In this document: positions 8,955 through 18,758 of the stretch, piece by piece | Layout: each line of letters opens with the position of its first letter | How positions within the stretch are numbered: position 1 is the stretch's first letter | Notes under the pieces: generated by a model | What the model was told of the DNA's origin: nothing | Database searches by the model: none | What the model saw: the letters and a program-made list of their open reading frames with translations, nothing else | Source of the DNA: Gemmatimonadaceae bacterium | Lineage (GTDB): Bacteria; Gemmatimonadota; Gemmatimonadetes; Gemmatimonadales; Gemmatimonadaceae | Direction of reading: 5' to 3' | Assembly: GCA_051859245.1 (NCBI GenBank) | Contig: JBHYGA010000004.1 | Coordinates: 64,001 to 128,000 of the forward strand | DNA length: 64,000 nucleotides | Program-made: the position numbers and the translations under genes

Positions 8955-11018
8955 TTAGAAGATTGCGTATTCTGGCGCCACCGTGGCGGCTCTTGCAGCA
9001 CGACCAGTGCCGCGCGATGCCGTGCCGCGCGAAGCCGTACCACGCGCATTCGGCTTAGCTGAAAGCTCAAATGCTCCCACCAGCTCGTTCATGGTCTCGG
9101 CCTGACTGGCGAGTTCTTCGGCCGCGCTCGCAGACTCTTCGGCGTTCGCGGCCACCTGCTGCGTCACGCCATTCATTTGTTCGATCGCCTGACTGATCTG
9201 CTCAATGCCCACGCGCTGTTGTTCGCTGGCCGAGGAGATTTCGGTGACCATCGTGCCAACCTGTTGTACCTGGCCATCAATCGCTTGCAACTGTGCGAGT
9301 ACGGCATCGTTCAGCGTGACACCGGCCTCCGCATTCTCCACCGCATTCTGAATCAGGTCAGCAGTCTGACGCGCGGCTTCGGCACTTCTTTTGGCGAGGC
9401 TGCGCACTTCTTCTGCGACCACGGCGAAACCGCGTCCACTGTCACCGGCTCGCGCGGCTTCAACCGCCGCGTTGAGCGCAAGCAGATTTGTCTGGAATGC
9501 AATCTCGTCAATCGTTTTCACAATGCGCGCCGTGTCATCACTGGACTGCTTGATGCGCCCGATTGCGGCCGTGAGCTGCTGCATGGAATGCACGCCTTGT
9601 TCGGACAGTTTGCGTGCGTCGTCGGCAAGCAACTTCGCTTCGCCGGAGGCCGCGCTGTTCTGTCGGGTCATGGAGCTCAGCTCGGTGAGACTCGACGCCA
9701 CTTCTTCGAGACTGCTCGCCTGCTCCGAAGAACTGGAGGCAAGGCTCTGACTTCCGTCCGCAATCTGCGCGGACGCGGCATGTACCTGTGTCGCGGCAGA
9801 CTGTACGTCACCGAGCGTGCGATCGAGTGCGGTGGCGGCGGTATTGAGCGCGCGTGCCAGCGCCGCGTGATCACCGTGATAGTGTTCCGGCATGCGCGCT
9901 GACAAGTCACGATCAGCGAGACGTTCCAGCGTGGTGCGCGCCGCGTTCACCGGTTCGAGCACAGCATCCAGCGTTGCGTTCATTCCTGCCACAAGATCAC
10001 GGAACGATCCGGTAAACTGATCTGCTGGCGCACGAACTGCCAGGCGACCGGTTGCTGCCGCGTCGGTCAGCGCCGCGGTTTCAGAATTCAGGCGGAGCAA
10101 TGTGCCGCGCAGCTGCACCATCGCGTTGCCGAGCACGTCTGCTTCACCGCGAACTTCAACGGTGCTCGTAAGCTGACCACGCGCCATTTCGCGTGCTGTT
10201 TCGGCAAGGGTTTGCTCGGCTTTCGCCATGGACTGCATGGCACCGGCAAGCGCCGCGACTTCATCACGCGCTGAGCCGCTCTCGATCGACACACCGGCGT
10301 CTCCCAAGGCGAGACGGTGTGCCGCTTGCGTCAGCTGCGCGAGTGGCGACGTGATGCTTGCGTAAATCGAGCGGGCAAGCCACGCGCCCGTAACCGCGGC
10401 AACCAGCCCGAATGCCGCGATGATCCACAGGCCGAGTGCGGCCGCAGCTTCGGCGCGGCGCGCTTCTTCGGCAACGAGTGCGTCCTTTGCTTTAATGAAG
10501 TTGGTGATGGCGCCGAGGTATGCGTCGAGCGACGGAAGCACTTCATCGTTGAGCATCGCATTTGATCGTTCGATGTCACCGAGCGCCCGCACCGCCGCCG
10601 CAGAATCGAACGCCGCAGCGTGGGCCTTCCGCAGCGCAACAATCTGCGTGACGGCGCGAAGACTCGCCGTGTCTGCGGCAATGCCTCGCACGCTGTCGCC
10701 TTGCAGCAACGAATCGATCAGTGTATACGCTTCGTTGATGTGCTTGCGGCCTTCGGCGACCTGAGCCGTCGCGCGCTCCGCCACTGGTCCGTCTGGCACC
10801 GCAAAGAGGGTGAGCTTGGCGCGCGCCGTCGAGTTCACCGCATCGATCAGTTGGTTCGCCGCTTTGGCTTTGTTGGCCACTTCAACGGTGGCAACGTGAA
10901 TCGTTTCACGGAGCGATTGTACTCGGATTGCAGCGACCGTCGCGATGATCACGATAAAGGCGATCAAGGCACCGAATCCGGCCATCAGACGCGTACGAAC
11001 AGTCATGGAGCGCAGCAT
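8955..11018 (-). CDS. Methyl-accepting chemotaxis protein (four-helix sensor, multiple HAMP domains)
   Basis: Two TM segments; [38 protein letters not shown] hairpin; C-terminal EYAIF. Confidence 0.95.
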   Translation of the reverse strand: MLRSMTVRTRLMAGFGALIAFIVIIATVAAIRVQSLRETIHVATVEVANKAKAANQLIDAVNSTARAKLTLFAVPDGPVAERATAQVAEGRKHINEAYTLIDSLLQGDSVRGIAADTASLRAVTQIVALRKAHAAAFDSAAAVRALGDIERSNAMLNDEVLPSLDAYLGAITNFIKAKDALVAEEARRAEAAAALGLWIIAAFGLVAAVTGAWLARSIYASITSPLAQLTQAAHRLALGDAGVSIESGSARDEVAALAGAMQSMAKAEQTLAETAREMARGQLTSTVEVRGEADVLGNAMVQLRGTLLRLNSETAALTDAAATGRLAVRAPADQFTGSFRDLVAGMNATLDAVLEPVNAARTTLERLADRDLSARMPEHYHGDHAALARALNTAATALDRTLGDVQSAATQVHAASAQIADGSQSLASSSSEQASSLEEVASSLTELSSMTRQNSAASGEAKLLADDARKLSEQGVHSMQQLTAAIGRIKQSSDDTARIVKTIDEIAFQTNLLALNAAVEAARAGDSGRGFAVVAEEVRSLAKRSAEAARQTADLIQNAVENAEAGVTLNDAVLAQLQAIDGQVQQVGTMVTEISSASEQQRVGIEQISQAIEQMNGVTQQVAANAEESASAAEELASQAETMNELVGAFELSAKPNARGTASRGTASRGTGRAARAATVAPEYAIF

Positions 11019-11029
11019 TTCTTGTGTGT

Positions 11030-12499
11030 TCAGAACGTATAGGAGGTGCCCACGAAGCCCCAGCGCATCGTGGTATGAGGTGTTGACTGTTCCTTCAAAA
11101 ACTCACCTGGCAGCACCCAGGCATATCCGGCGATCACGCGCAGCTCGCGCGTAACCTTGAAGCTGCTGGTCAGGTCGATTTCATCGGCCACGTGTCGTGC
11201 GTCCGAGTTGCCGGCAGCGCGCCACAGCGCGTTCTGCTTGTTGTAGACACCGTCGGTGAGTTCACGACGATCGAATCGATGATACGCGGCGCGCAGGGCA
11301 GCTCGGCCAAACGGGTCAGCGGTTGCCACGATGCGCATCTCGCGCACATTCGGCCGACCCACAACGTCGGCATATCCACCGTGCGCGTGTGCCGCGGGCA
11401 CGAGCGAATGAAACGCTTCGGTGCGACCATCGTTGCGCGACCGATCACCGCTGGCCCAGTCCGTGGCGATCAACACTGCCGGAGCGCTCCAGGCACGACG
11501 CCACTGCACCTGCGTCTCCGCAACGGCAAACCACGCTCGCAGTGTTTCTGCGCCAACAGTTCCGCGTTGAATGGCACCCTCGCCTTCCACCGTCAGCTGC
11601 GGACTGCCCGCCCCAGGAAGTGCGCGCTTCCACACGGAGCGGCCACCAAATGTCAGACGGCGCTGCGAACGTGTCCCCTGTACATCGAGCTGATAGTGAT
11701 AGAGCGTCCACTGAGCCGGAATCCAGGCTGTTGGCGCAGCGAATGCCGTAGAACTCGATAGTTGCAACGCATGAAAACGCGTGGTGGTATCGGGCGTGTT
11801 GCGTGCGTCGGCGCGCACGACCATCGGACGAACAGATGCGGCCTCGACCAACAGCGCGCCGAACTCGGACTGCGCGCGCAGTCCCTGTGAACCGCGGCGC
11901 GTATTCGCCCAATCCGGAACCCCGACGAGTCGCTCTTTTCCGTACGCGATCTCCTGCCGACCCACGCGCACGAACGATTTGTTGTAACCGGCCTCGGCGA
12001 ACAGATTCTGTACGTCGTGTCGATCCGCATCCACCGAGCGAACACCGCCCGGCAAGTCGCGATGATAGACCTGCGCATCTCGCACTTCACCATAGAAGCG
12101 CGACCACGCGCCGTTGCCGCGTCCAAAGTGCAGATCGGCGTTCAGCGATACACGTGACTGCACGTGATCATCGTTCACCGTTGGATCGTGCTGAAACGCG
12201 CGCGATGATTCTTCACGCGCGCGTGCCTGCCCACCGAACGTGACCCACATACTCCCGTTGCTGTTGAGTGGGATGTACTTGAGTGGATCGGACCAGTGTC
12301 CACGAGTTTGCCGCTCATCCCAACGCTCGTCGAAGCGCATGCTTCGGGTGTCGGGGACTGCTGCAGGCTTGCGCGCTGCCGCAGGTGTAGCGGTTGTGTC
12401 GATGGCGACCGCGCGTCGCTCGCGCTTTTCTTGCGGTTTGCCAACCGCGGTGACTTGCTGCGCGTGCAGCGAGCTTGCAATGGCAATTAGCGCCGCCAT
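11030..12499 (-). CDS. Alginate export (AlgE-like) outer-membrane beta-barrel
   Basis: [40 protein letters not shown] motifs; C-terminal Phe. Start uncertain (12499 or further upstream). Confidence 0.85.
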   Translation of the reverse strand: MAALIAIASSLHAQQVTAVGKPQEKRERRAVAIDTTATPAAARKPAAVPDTRSMRFDERWDERQTRGHWSDPLKYIPLNSNGSMWVTFGGQARAREESSRAFQHDPTVNDDHVQSRVSLNADLHFGRGNGAWSRFYGEVRDAQVYHRDLPGGVRSVDADRHDVQNLFAEAGYNKSFVRVGRQEIAYGKERLVGVPDWANTRRGSQGLRAQSEFGALLVEAASVRPMVVRADARNTPDTTTRFHALQLSSSTAFAAPTAWIPAQWTLYHYQLDVQGTRSQRRLTFGGRSVWKRALPGAGSPQLTVEGEGAIQRGTVGAETLRAWFAVAETQVQWRRAWSAPAVLIATDWASGDRSRNDGRTEAFHSLVPAAHAHGGYADVVGRPNVREMRIVATADPFGRAALRAAYHRFDRRELTDGVYNKQNALWRAAGNSDARHVADEIDLTSSFKVTRELRVIAGYAWVLPGEFLKEQSTPHTTMRWGFVGTSYTF

Positions 12500-12598
12500 C
12501 GAAAAGGCGGTGCGCTTTGCGCAGAAATGAATACAGTGGGAATAGTGAGACACAGTGCGTGAGTCGGGAGCGAAACGTGTTCTGCTTACCGAGCTCTT

Positions 12599-12626
12599 GT
12601 ATCGACACGCACGCTGCGTGACTTGA
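12599..12626 (-). promoter_or_regulatory. Sigma-28 (FliA)-like promoter TCAAG-N15-GTCGATAC
   Basis: Close to the FliA consensus TAAA/TCAAG-N14-15-GCCGATAA; lies upstream of the porin-MCP pair. Confidence 0.55.
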
Positions 12627-12657
12627 CTCACCGACCGTAACGTCTCTTCGACTATTC

Positions 12658-12684
12658 GTAAGTTGTTGAAAGAATAGAACTTAC
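12658..12684. promoter_or_regulatory. AT-rich inverted repeat GTAAGTT-N13-AACTTAC containing an IHF-like site
   Basis: 7-bp perfect arms; TAAGTTGTTGAAA matches YAANNNNTTGATW except at one position. Confidence 0.45.
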
Positions 12685-12703
12685 ACGACAGTCAGCGTTT
12701 ACG

Positions 12704-12719
12704 TGCAGAATCTCTGCCA
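12704..12719 (-). promoter_or_regulatory. Sigma-54-like -24/-12 element TGGCAGAGATTCTGCA
   Basis: TGGCA and TGCA with exact GG-N10-GC spacing, pointing toward the porin-MCP genes. Confidence 0.4.
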
Positions 12720-12783
12720 TGCCGGCGGTGAAACGGAATCGCCTCGTACGCAACGTCAACGACTGATGACACCAGTTCACGAA

Positions 12784-13374
12784 CTAGGCGATGTCAAGTC
12801 GGGCGAGCAGGCCCGTTTGCACCGCTGGCCACTCGTCACGAAGAATGCTGTACATCACGGTATCACGTACGGTACCGTCTCGACGCCGGAGATTGTGTCG
12901 AATCACACCGTCGCGCTTCGCGCCCAGTTTTTCGATGGCGCGCTGCGAGCGCACATTCAGAATGTCTGTTCTCAGACCGACCACGCCGCATTCAAGGGTG
13001 CGAAATGCGTGCTCCATGAGGAGCAACTTGCACGCCGGATTGATTCGCGTGCTGTGCACGCGCGCGGCGTACCACGTGTAACCGATTTCGACACGGTCTG
13101 CACTGGGAATGACATCATGGTAGCGCGTGGTTCCAATGATCTCATCGCGCACGAGATCACGAACGGCCCAGGGCAGCATGTGTCCGGCGCGAAATCCTTC
13201 CAGCGCCGTGTTGATGTATTCGAGTGTCTGGTGAGGCTCCGGTACCGACGTGTAGCGCAATTCCCAGAGCTGTCCGTCGCTGGCCGCTCGCGCGAGTGGT
13301 TCGGCGTGGGCCGGCTCCAATGGTTCAAGCCGTACCCCAAACCCCTCCAGCTGAAAGAGCGCCAGCGGCTGCAT
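12784..13374 (-). CDS. GNAT family N-acetyltransferase (RimJ/RimL-like)
   Basis: VRLEPL, IIGTTRY, VEIGYTW, N.RSQRAIEKLGAKRDGVIR, RDTVMYSIL.DEW. Confidence 0.92.
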   Translation of the reverse strand: MQPLALFQLEGFGVRLEPLEPAHAEPLARAASDGQLWELRYTSVPEPHQTLEYINTALEGFRAGHMLPWAVRDLVRDEIIGTTRYHDVIPSADRVEIGYTWYAARVHSTRINPACKLLLMEHAFRTLECGVVGLRTDILNVRSQRAIEKLGAKRDGVIRHNLRRRDGTVRDTVMYSILRDEWPAVQTGLLARLDIA

Positions 13375-13381
13375 GCGCCGT

Positions 13382-13573
13382 TCAGGAATCGGCGGGCGTT
13401 GTTTCGTCGTCGGCTTCTTCGCCTTCGGCGCCTTCCACGTATCCCTCTTCGCCTTCCTCAGGAAGTCCGGCTGCCTTGCGACGCGCGCGCTCTTCCTTCT
13501 TGGCTTCCTTCTTGTTCTTGCGATCCATCTCCTTCTTGCGTCGCTCGAAATCGTAGTTGGGCTTCCGTGCCAC
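13382..13573 (-). CDS. Small charged hypothetical protein (63 aa)
   Basis: GTG start after a GGAG RBS; MARKPNYDFERRKKE basic half and acidic tail; fills the gap exactly between tldE and the GNAT gene. Confidence 0.7.
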   Translation of the reverse strand: MARKPNYDFERRKKEMDRKNKKEAKKEERARRKAAGLPEEGEEGYVEGAEGEEADDETTPADS

Positions 13574-13695
13574 AGGGCAATACTCCGTTCAATGTCCTTT
13601 GTGTGAGGCACCAGGACACTGCGTCCCAAGGCACCGCGCTGCCGCGCTTGCGGTTCGTACGTGAAAACTAACCCGCGTGGCAGCGCCCTGCCGAT

Positions 13696-15087
13696 TCAGA
13701 CAGCGTCTGACAGGCTGGTGAAGTTGAAATCCCGTACTTTGATCGGCGGCATGACAAGGCTTCCGCCGCCGGCTGTGCGAACCGCTGCGCCTATGCCCTC
13801 GAGATTGTTGAGCATGAAGAGCGGTGAATCGTTGAAGCGAAAGTTCTTGATGGAACGCGCGATCTTGCCGTTTTCCACCAGAAATGTGCCATCGCGCGTG
13901 AGGCCAGTGTACAGGAGCGTCCGCTGATCCACGGCGCGAAGATACCAGAGACGTGTGACGAGAATGCCGCGCTCGGTAGACGCGATCATCGACTCGATCG
14001 TGTCACTGCCGCCGGCCAACCGCAGGGAGTTGGCGCCGCCAGTGGCCGGCTTTCCCTGCTTCTGCGCCCAAAACCGTGGATACGCCAGCTGTTTGAGTAC
14101 ACCGTTTTCAATCCACACCTGACGCGCCACGGGCATGCCGTCGCCATCGAACGGACTGCCGAGCACCAGCGGATCACGTGGATCCGATGAGAGCGTGACC
14201 CGTTCGTCGAGAATTTTCTCACCAACCTTTGTGCCGCCTGCCTTTGAGAACGCGGAGCGACCTTCGTCGGCCGAACGCGCCTGAAACGCGCCGCTGATTG
14301 AACTCACGATGTTCGCGGTCGCTTCCGGCTCAAAAATTACGGTGTAGCGACCGGGTTCAATGGCGACAGGGTTGCGCGAGCGACGTGCCTTGTCGATCGC
14401 CGCGGTAGCCACTGCGTTAAAGTCGAGCCGCGTCCAATCGTTGTCTTCGATAGCCACCCAGCCAGAGCCCGTGCCATCGTTGGTACGCGCGGTGAGCGAA
14501 TAGTTCGCGTTGGTGCTGCGATGATACGCAAACAATCCGGCGCTGTTGCCCAGCGCCGTGGCCGACGCGCTGCACACGATGTATCCGGCCACCGTGAGAT
14601 CGTTCGCGGCGCGTGCCGGAGCCAGCGCGGTAAGGGCAGCTTTCGCACGATCATCAGCGCTGAGTTCCGCCGTACTGTCGAACCAGGCCGAAACAGGCTC
14701 GTAGGTTTGCGCAGGCAACTCGCCCAGATATTCCGGATCTTCCGGGGCAAGTTTTGCGATGGCTTCAGACTGCTCGACTGCTCGCTTGAGTCCCGCGTCG
14801 GTTCGATCGTTGGTAACGACCGACGCTTTGCGTTTGCCAAACACACTCTGCACACGAATCGTGGTGTTCGTAGTGGCGCCAGAAGTGGTCATCTGATTGT
14901 CGGCAAATCGCAAATTGGTTTCGCGACCGCTTTGCACCGCAACGCTCACGGCATCTGCTTTGGACATACGCACCGTACGTTCAATCAGCGACTGCGCCTC
15001 ATCGCGTGAGATCACACTGTTGACGGCCAGTACACCATGAACTGCGAAATCGCGCAAGCGGCGAGGCGCTCCGAGATCGCCACTCAC
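13696..15087 (-). CDS. pmbA: TldE/PmbA family protein
   Basis: RFADNQMT, IEPGRYTVIFEP, PFDGDG, GLTRDGTF..ENG and NFRFNDSP motifs; no HExxxH; GTGA overlap with tldD. Confidence 0.85.
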   Translation of the reverse strand: MSGDLGAPRRLRDFAVHGVLAVNSVISRDEAQSLIERTVRMSKADAVSVAVQSGRETNLRFADNQMTTSGATTNTTIRVQSVFGKRKASVVTNDRTDAGLKRAVEQSEAIAKLAPEDPEYLGELPAQTYEPVSAWFDSTAELSADDRAKAALTALAPARAANDLTVAGYIVCSASATALGNSAGLFAYHRSTNANYSLTARTNDGTGSGWVAIEDNDWTRLDFNAVATAAIDKARRSRNPVAIEPGRYTVIFEPEATANIVSSISGAFQARSADEGRSAFSKAGGTKVGEKILDERVTLSSDPRDPLVLGSPFDGDGMPVARQVWIENGVLKQLAYPRFWAQKQGKPATGGANSLRLAGGSDTIESMIASTERGILVTRLWYLRAVDQRTLLYTGLTRDGTFLVENGKIARSIKNFRFNDSPLFMLNNLEGIGAAVRTAGGGSLVMPPIKVRDFNFTSLSDAV

Positions 15088-16712
15088 AGTGCACGCCCCG
15101 TATTGATCACGTTGATATTCTTGAAGCGCACCGGGGGACAGCCGTGACTCACCGCGTTGGCCTGTGACGGCTGACCTTTACCGTCATTGAACGTGCCACC
15201 GAACTCGTAGCTGGATTTTCCGCCGAGCATATCCATGGCGTTCCAGAAATCCGGCGTGCGCATTTGGTAAGCGACGTCTTTCAGCTGACCCACGATTTTT
15301 CCGCCCCTAATTTCGTAGCACAACTGCGCGCCGAACTGCGCGTTGTACCGCTGCTGATCAATGGAGTACGACGAACGCCCGATCATGGCGATGCCACGAT
15401 CCGTGGCCGCAATGAGATCGTTCCACGACAAATCCTGCGCACCGGGCTGGAGCGAAACATTTGGCATGCGCTGGAACTGCACATCCGCCCAACTCTGTGC
15501 GTACGAGCAGCCATGCGAACGTGGCTGCTGTCCGTTTTTTGTGTACCACCAGTCTAGCAGCGGCGCCTGTTCGCGTGTGGTCTGGAAATCGTTGAGGATG
15601 CCGTCTTTGACAATGTGAAAATCGTCGGGCTGCACACCGTCATCGTCATACCCGATGGTGGCAAGCGCGCCAACTTCTGAACGATTGCCAATCAGGTTCA
15701 TCATGGGCGGGCCGAGCTTGAGCGATCCCAGCACTTTCTCCGGCGGCGCCATGAAGCTCGTGCCCGCGTAGTTGGCTTCGTAGCCCATCACGCGATCGAG
15801 TTCGGTGGGATGCGCGAGCGATTCGTGAATGGTGAGGAACAGCTGCGACGGATGCAAAATGAGATCGTAGCGACCCACGTCGACCGGTTTGGCCGTGAGT
15901 TTTTCTGCCGCTTCTTCGCCCCACTTGGCGGCGTTGCCGACAACATCCGCTTCGAGTACGTATTCCCAACCGCGACCAGCCGGCTGCACCACTTCAGGAC
16001 CGCGCACCGCGACTTCGCCATTCGCTTGTGCGGTAACCGACAGCGTGACCCAGCTGCGCACGTAATCCTGAGTGATCACGGAGCCATCCGTATTCGCGTA
16101 GTTCCGCTCTTCCTTCACGAACGACAGCCCAGAGTTCACAAAGCGCACATTGCGCACTTTCTGCGCCTCGGCGTTCGCCTTGAGTAACAACCCGACTTTG
16201 TCTTCGAGCGAGACGGTGAACGGATCAATCGTGTACGCACTCCGCCACGTAGCATTGGGATGCGCCGGTGCTGGTGCGAGCGTGACACGTCTGTCCATCG
16301 CCACACGATTGGCTTTCGCAATTGCCGCGGCTTCCTGCGCCGCCCCACCAACGCCCGCTTTGGTGAGTTCCTGCGTGGCCGAGAAACCCCAGCATCCGTC
16401 AACCAATACACGCACGCCGCAGCCCATGGTGTCGCTTTCCACCACGTTCGTGACTTGTTGCTCGCGCGTATTCACCGAGTTGTTGCGATTGCGACCAATG
16501 CGCACATCAGCCCACGACGCACCAGCGCGCTTGGCCGCGTCGAGCGCTTCCATCATGAGCTCGCGCGTGGCGGGGTCAGTGTAGACCGGCGGCAGCGGAC
16601 GCAGCAGCGAGTGTGATCCGAACGCTGGCGCCGCGCGCAGCAGCTCCGGCCCAACGGCCAGTGCGCCAAGCGACACGCCACTGGTTTTCAGAAAATCGCG
16701 ACGGGATGTCAT
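15084..16712 (-). CDS. tldD: TldD family metalloprotease with Tat signal
   Basis: SRRDFLK twin-arginine; HESLAHPTELDR metal motif; RMPN; GKGQP..SHGCP. Confidence 0.9.
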   Translation of the reverse strand: MTSRRDFLKTSGVSLGALAVGPELLRAAPAFGSHSLLRPLPPVYTDPATRELMMEALDAAKRAGASWADVRIGRNRNNSVNTREQQVTNVVESDTMGCGVRVLVDGCWGFSATQELTKAGVGGAAQEAAAIAKANRVAMDRRVTLAPAPAHPNATWRSAYTIDPFTVSLEDKVGLLLKANAEAQKVRNVRFVNSGLSFVKEERNYANTDGSVITQDYVRSWVTLSVTAQANGEVAVRGPEVVQPAGRGWEYVLEADVVGNAAKWGEEAAEKLTAKPVDVGRYDLILHPSQLFLTIHESLAHPTELDRVMGYEANYAGTSFMAPPEKVLGSLKLGPPMMNLIGNRSEVGALATIGYDDDGVQPDDFHIVKDGILNDFQTTREQAPLLDWWYTKNGQQPRSHGCSYAQSWADVQFQRMPNVSLQPGAQDLSWNDLIAATDRGIAMIGRSSYSIDQQRYNAQFGAQLCYEIRGGKIVGQLKDVAYQMRTPDFWNAMDMLGGKSSYEFGGTFNDGKGQPSQANAVSHGCPPVRFKNINVINTGRAL

Positions 16713-16783
16713 GAGGTGGGGATGTTGCGAGAGAAGAGAGTATTACTGCAACTACGCTGCGACGGGCCCAATCGCTGCGGTCT

Positions 16784-18676
16784 TCACTGTTCCGACGCGA
16801 TGGTCTCGAGTTCTTCCCAGCGCGCCATGAGGCGTTCAATCTCCGATTCTACACGACTGAGCGCCTCACGCGCCGCAAGCACCGCTGCCGCGTCACGCAC
16901 CGTGGCCGGATCGGCCAGTGATTCGTAGCACTGACTGCGACTCGCTTCGGCGGCTTCGATCTGTGCCGGAAGTGCTGCAAGCTCGGATGTTTCCTTGAAC
17001 GTCAGCTTGCGCTTGCGCGTGGCGCGCGCCGGATTAGCCGGGGCGACTTTCGCGGGCTGCGGTCTGGTCGGTTCAGCCGGTACTGTGCGTTGGCGCACCC
17101 AATCACTGTAACCCCCAACGTATTCACGAACGATACCGCGCCCCTCGAACACCAGCGTGCTCGTGACCACCGCATCCAAAAATGCGCGGTCATGACTCAC
17201 CAGCAGCAGCGTTCCATTGAACTCGAGCAAACGATCTTCCAGCAGGTCCAGCGTCTCAACATCGAGATCGTTGGTGGGCTCGTCGAGCACCAGCAGATTG
17301 AACGAACGTGTGAACAATCGCGCAAGCAGCAGGCGGTTGCGCTCACCACCGGAAAGCGCGCGCACCGGGGTACGCGCACGCTCCGGACCAAACATGAAGT
17401 CCTGCAGATAGCTGTTCACATGTTTTCGATTGCCCGCGATCTCCACAAACTCGGCGCCGTCTGCAATGCTTGTGAACACGGTGGCGTCTGGATTCAGCTG
17501 ATCGCGCAACTGATCGAAGTAGGCGATTTCGAGATTCGTACCAATGCGAACGGTTCCCGCTTGCGGTTCCAACTCGCCGAGCAACAAACGAAGCAGGGTG
17601 GTTTTGCCAACGCCGTTGGGCCCAATGAGGCCGATGCGATCACCGCGCATGATGGTGCACGACACTTCGCGCGCAATCTCCTTGTCGCCATGCGAGAACC
17701 ACACACCGCGCGCCTCCACGACCAGCTTGCCGCTGCGCTCGGCTTCCTGCACCTGGAGTTTTGCCGTGCCGACGCGATCGCGCCGCGCTGAGCGTTCAAC
17801 GCGCATCGCTTCGAGTGAACGCACACGCCCTTCATTGCGTGTACGGCGAGCCTGAATACCGGTGCGGATCCACACCTCTTCTTCGGCCAGCCGGCGATCA
17901 AACTCAGCCCACTCCTTTGCTTCGGCGTGCAGCGCCGCGTCTTTGCGCTCCAGATAGAGATCGTAGTCGGCGCCCCAGTCGGACAGTTTGCCGCGGTCGA
18001 GCTCCACAATGCGCGTGGCAACACGTCGCAGGAACGCCCGATCGTGCGTGACAAAGATCAGCGTGAGGTTACGCTCGATCAGCCACGACTCCAGTAGCTC
18101 GATGGCCGCAATGTCGAGATGATTCGTTGGTTCGTCGAGCAGCAGCACGTCAGGCTCACGCACCAACGCGCGGGCAAGCAACGTCTGCCGCTTGCGCCCG
18201 CCGGAGGCCGCATCGAACATGGCATCAGGATCGAGTCCGAGCCGTTCGATCACGGTGCTCACGCGGTTGTTCACGTCCCACGCGCCGGCCACATCGATTG
18301 CCTGATGTAGTCGGTCGAGTTCCCGTAGGGCACGCTCGTCAGATCGCTGCGCCAGCTCGTGGCTGACATGGTGATACCTGGCGAGCAGCTCACCCACGGG
18401 GCCGAGCCCGCTCGCGACGACGTCAAAGACTGATCCGTCCAGATGATCCGGCACATCCTGCTGCAAACGCGAGACAGTGACCGTACCCTGCCGCACCACG
18501 TCGCCGCTGTCTGGCTGCATGGTGCCTTCGATCAACTGGAGCAGGGTGCTCTTCCCCGCGCCGTTACGGCCAAGCAGACAGACACGGTCGCCGCGTTCGA
18601 TAGCCAGATTGGCCTCGCGCAACACGGGTGGACCACCAAAGGCCATGGAAATGTTCTGGAGCGCGAGCAGGGCCAT
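16784..18676 (-). CDS. uup: ABC-F ATPase Uup
   Basis: Two Walker A motifs (GRNGAGKST, GPNGVGKTT), LDEPTN twice, WIRTGIQARRTRNEGRVR linker, C-terminal coiled coil ending RWEELE. Confidence 0.93.
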   Translation of the reverse strand: MALLALQNISMAFGGPPVLREANLAIERGDRVCLLGRNGAGKSTLLQLIEGTMQPDSGDVVRQGTVTVSRLQQDVPDHLDGSVFDVVASGLGPVGELLARYHHVSHELAQRSDERALRELDRLHQAIDVAGAWDVNNRVSTVIERLGLDPDAMFDAASGGRKRQTLLARALVREPDVLLLDEPTNHLDIAAIELLESWLIERNLTLIFVTHDRAFLRRVATRIVELDRGKLSDWGADYDLYLERKDAALHAEAKEWAEFDRRLAEEEVWIRTGIQARRTRNEGRVRSLEAMRVERSARRDRVGTAKLQVQEAERSGKLVVEARGVWFSHGDKEIAREVSCTIMRGDRIGLIGPNGVGKTTLLRLLLGELEPQAGTVRIGTNLEIAYFDQLRDQLNPDATVFTSIADGAEFVEIAGNRKHVNSYLQDFMFGPERARTPVRALSGGERNRLLLARLFTRSFNLLVLDEPTNDLDVETLDLLEDRLLEFNGTLLLVSHDRAFLDAVVTSTLVFEGRGIVREYVGGYSDWVRQRTVPAEPTRPQPAKVAPANPARATRKRKLTFKETSELAALPAQIEAAEASRSQCYESLADPATVRDAAAVLAAREALSRVESEIERLMARWEELETIASEQ

Positions 18677-18758
18677 CGGTGCGGTCTGGAGGGATCGGAT
18701 TATGAGATTGTGCCTCCCGCGCTCGCGCGCGGGCCGTCCCACAAGATATCCTGAAGAC

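Noticed and set aside
12500..12783. c-di-GMP riboswitch upstream of the porin-MCP operon
   Set aside because: No GGCAAAC...GAAA...GACGCAAAG-type core on the coding strand.
15040..15087. Twin-arginine motif in TldE (APRRLRDF)
   Set aside because: Poor match to S/T-R-R-x-F-L-K and no proper hydrophobic region; the start codon is also uncertain.
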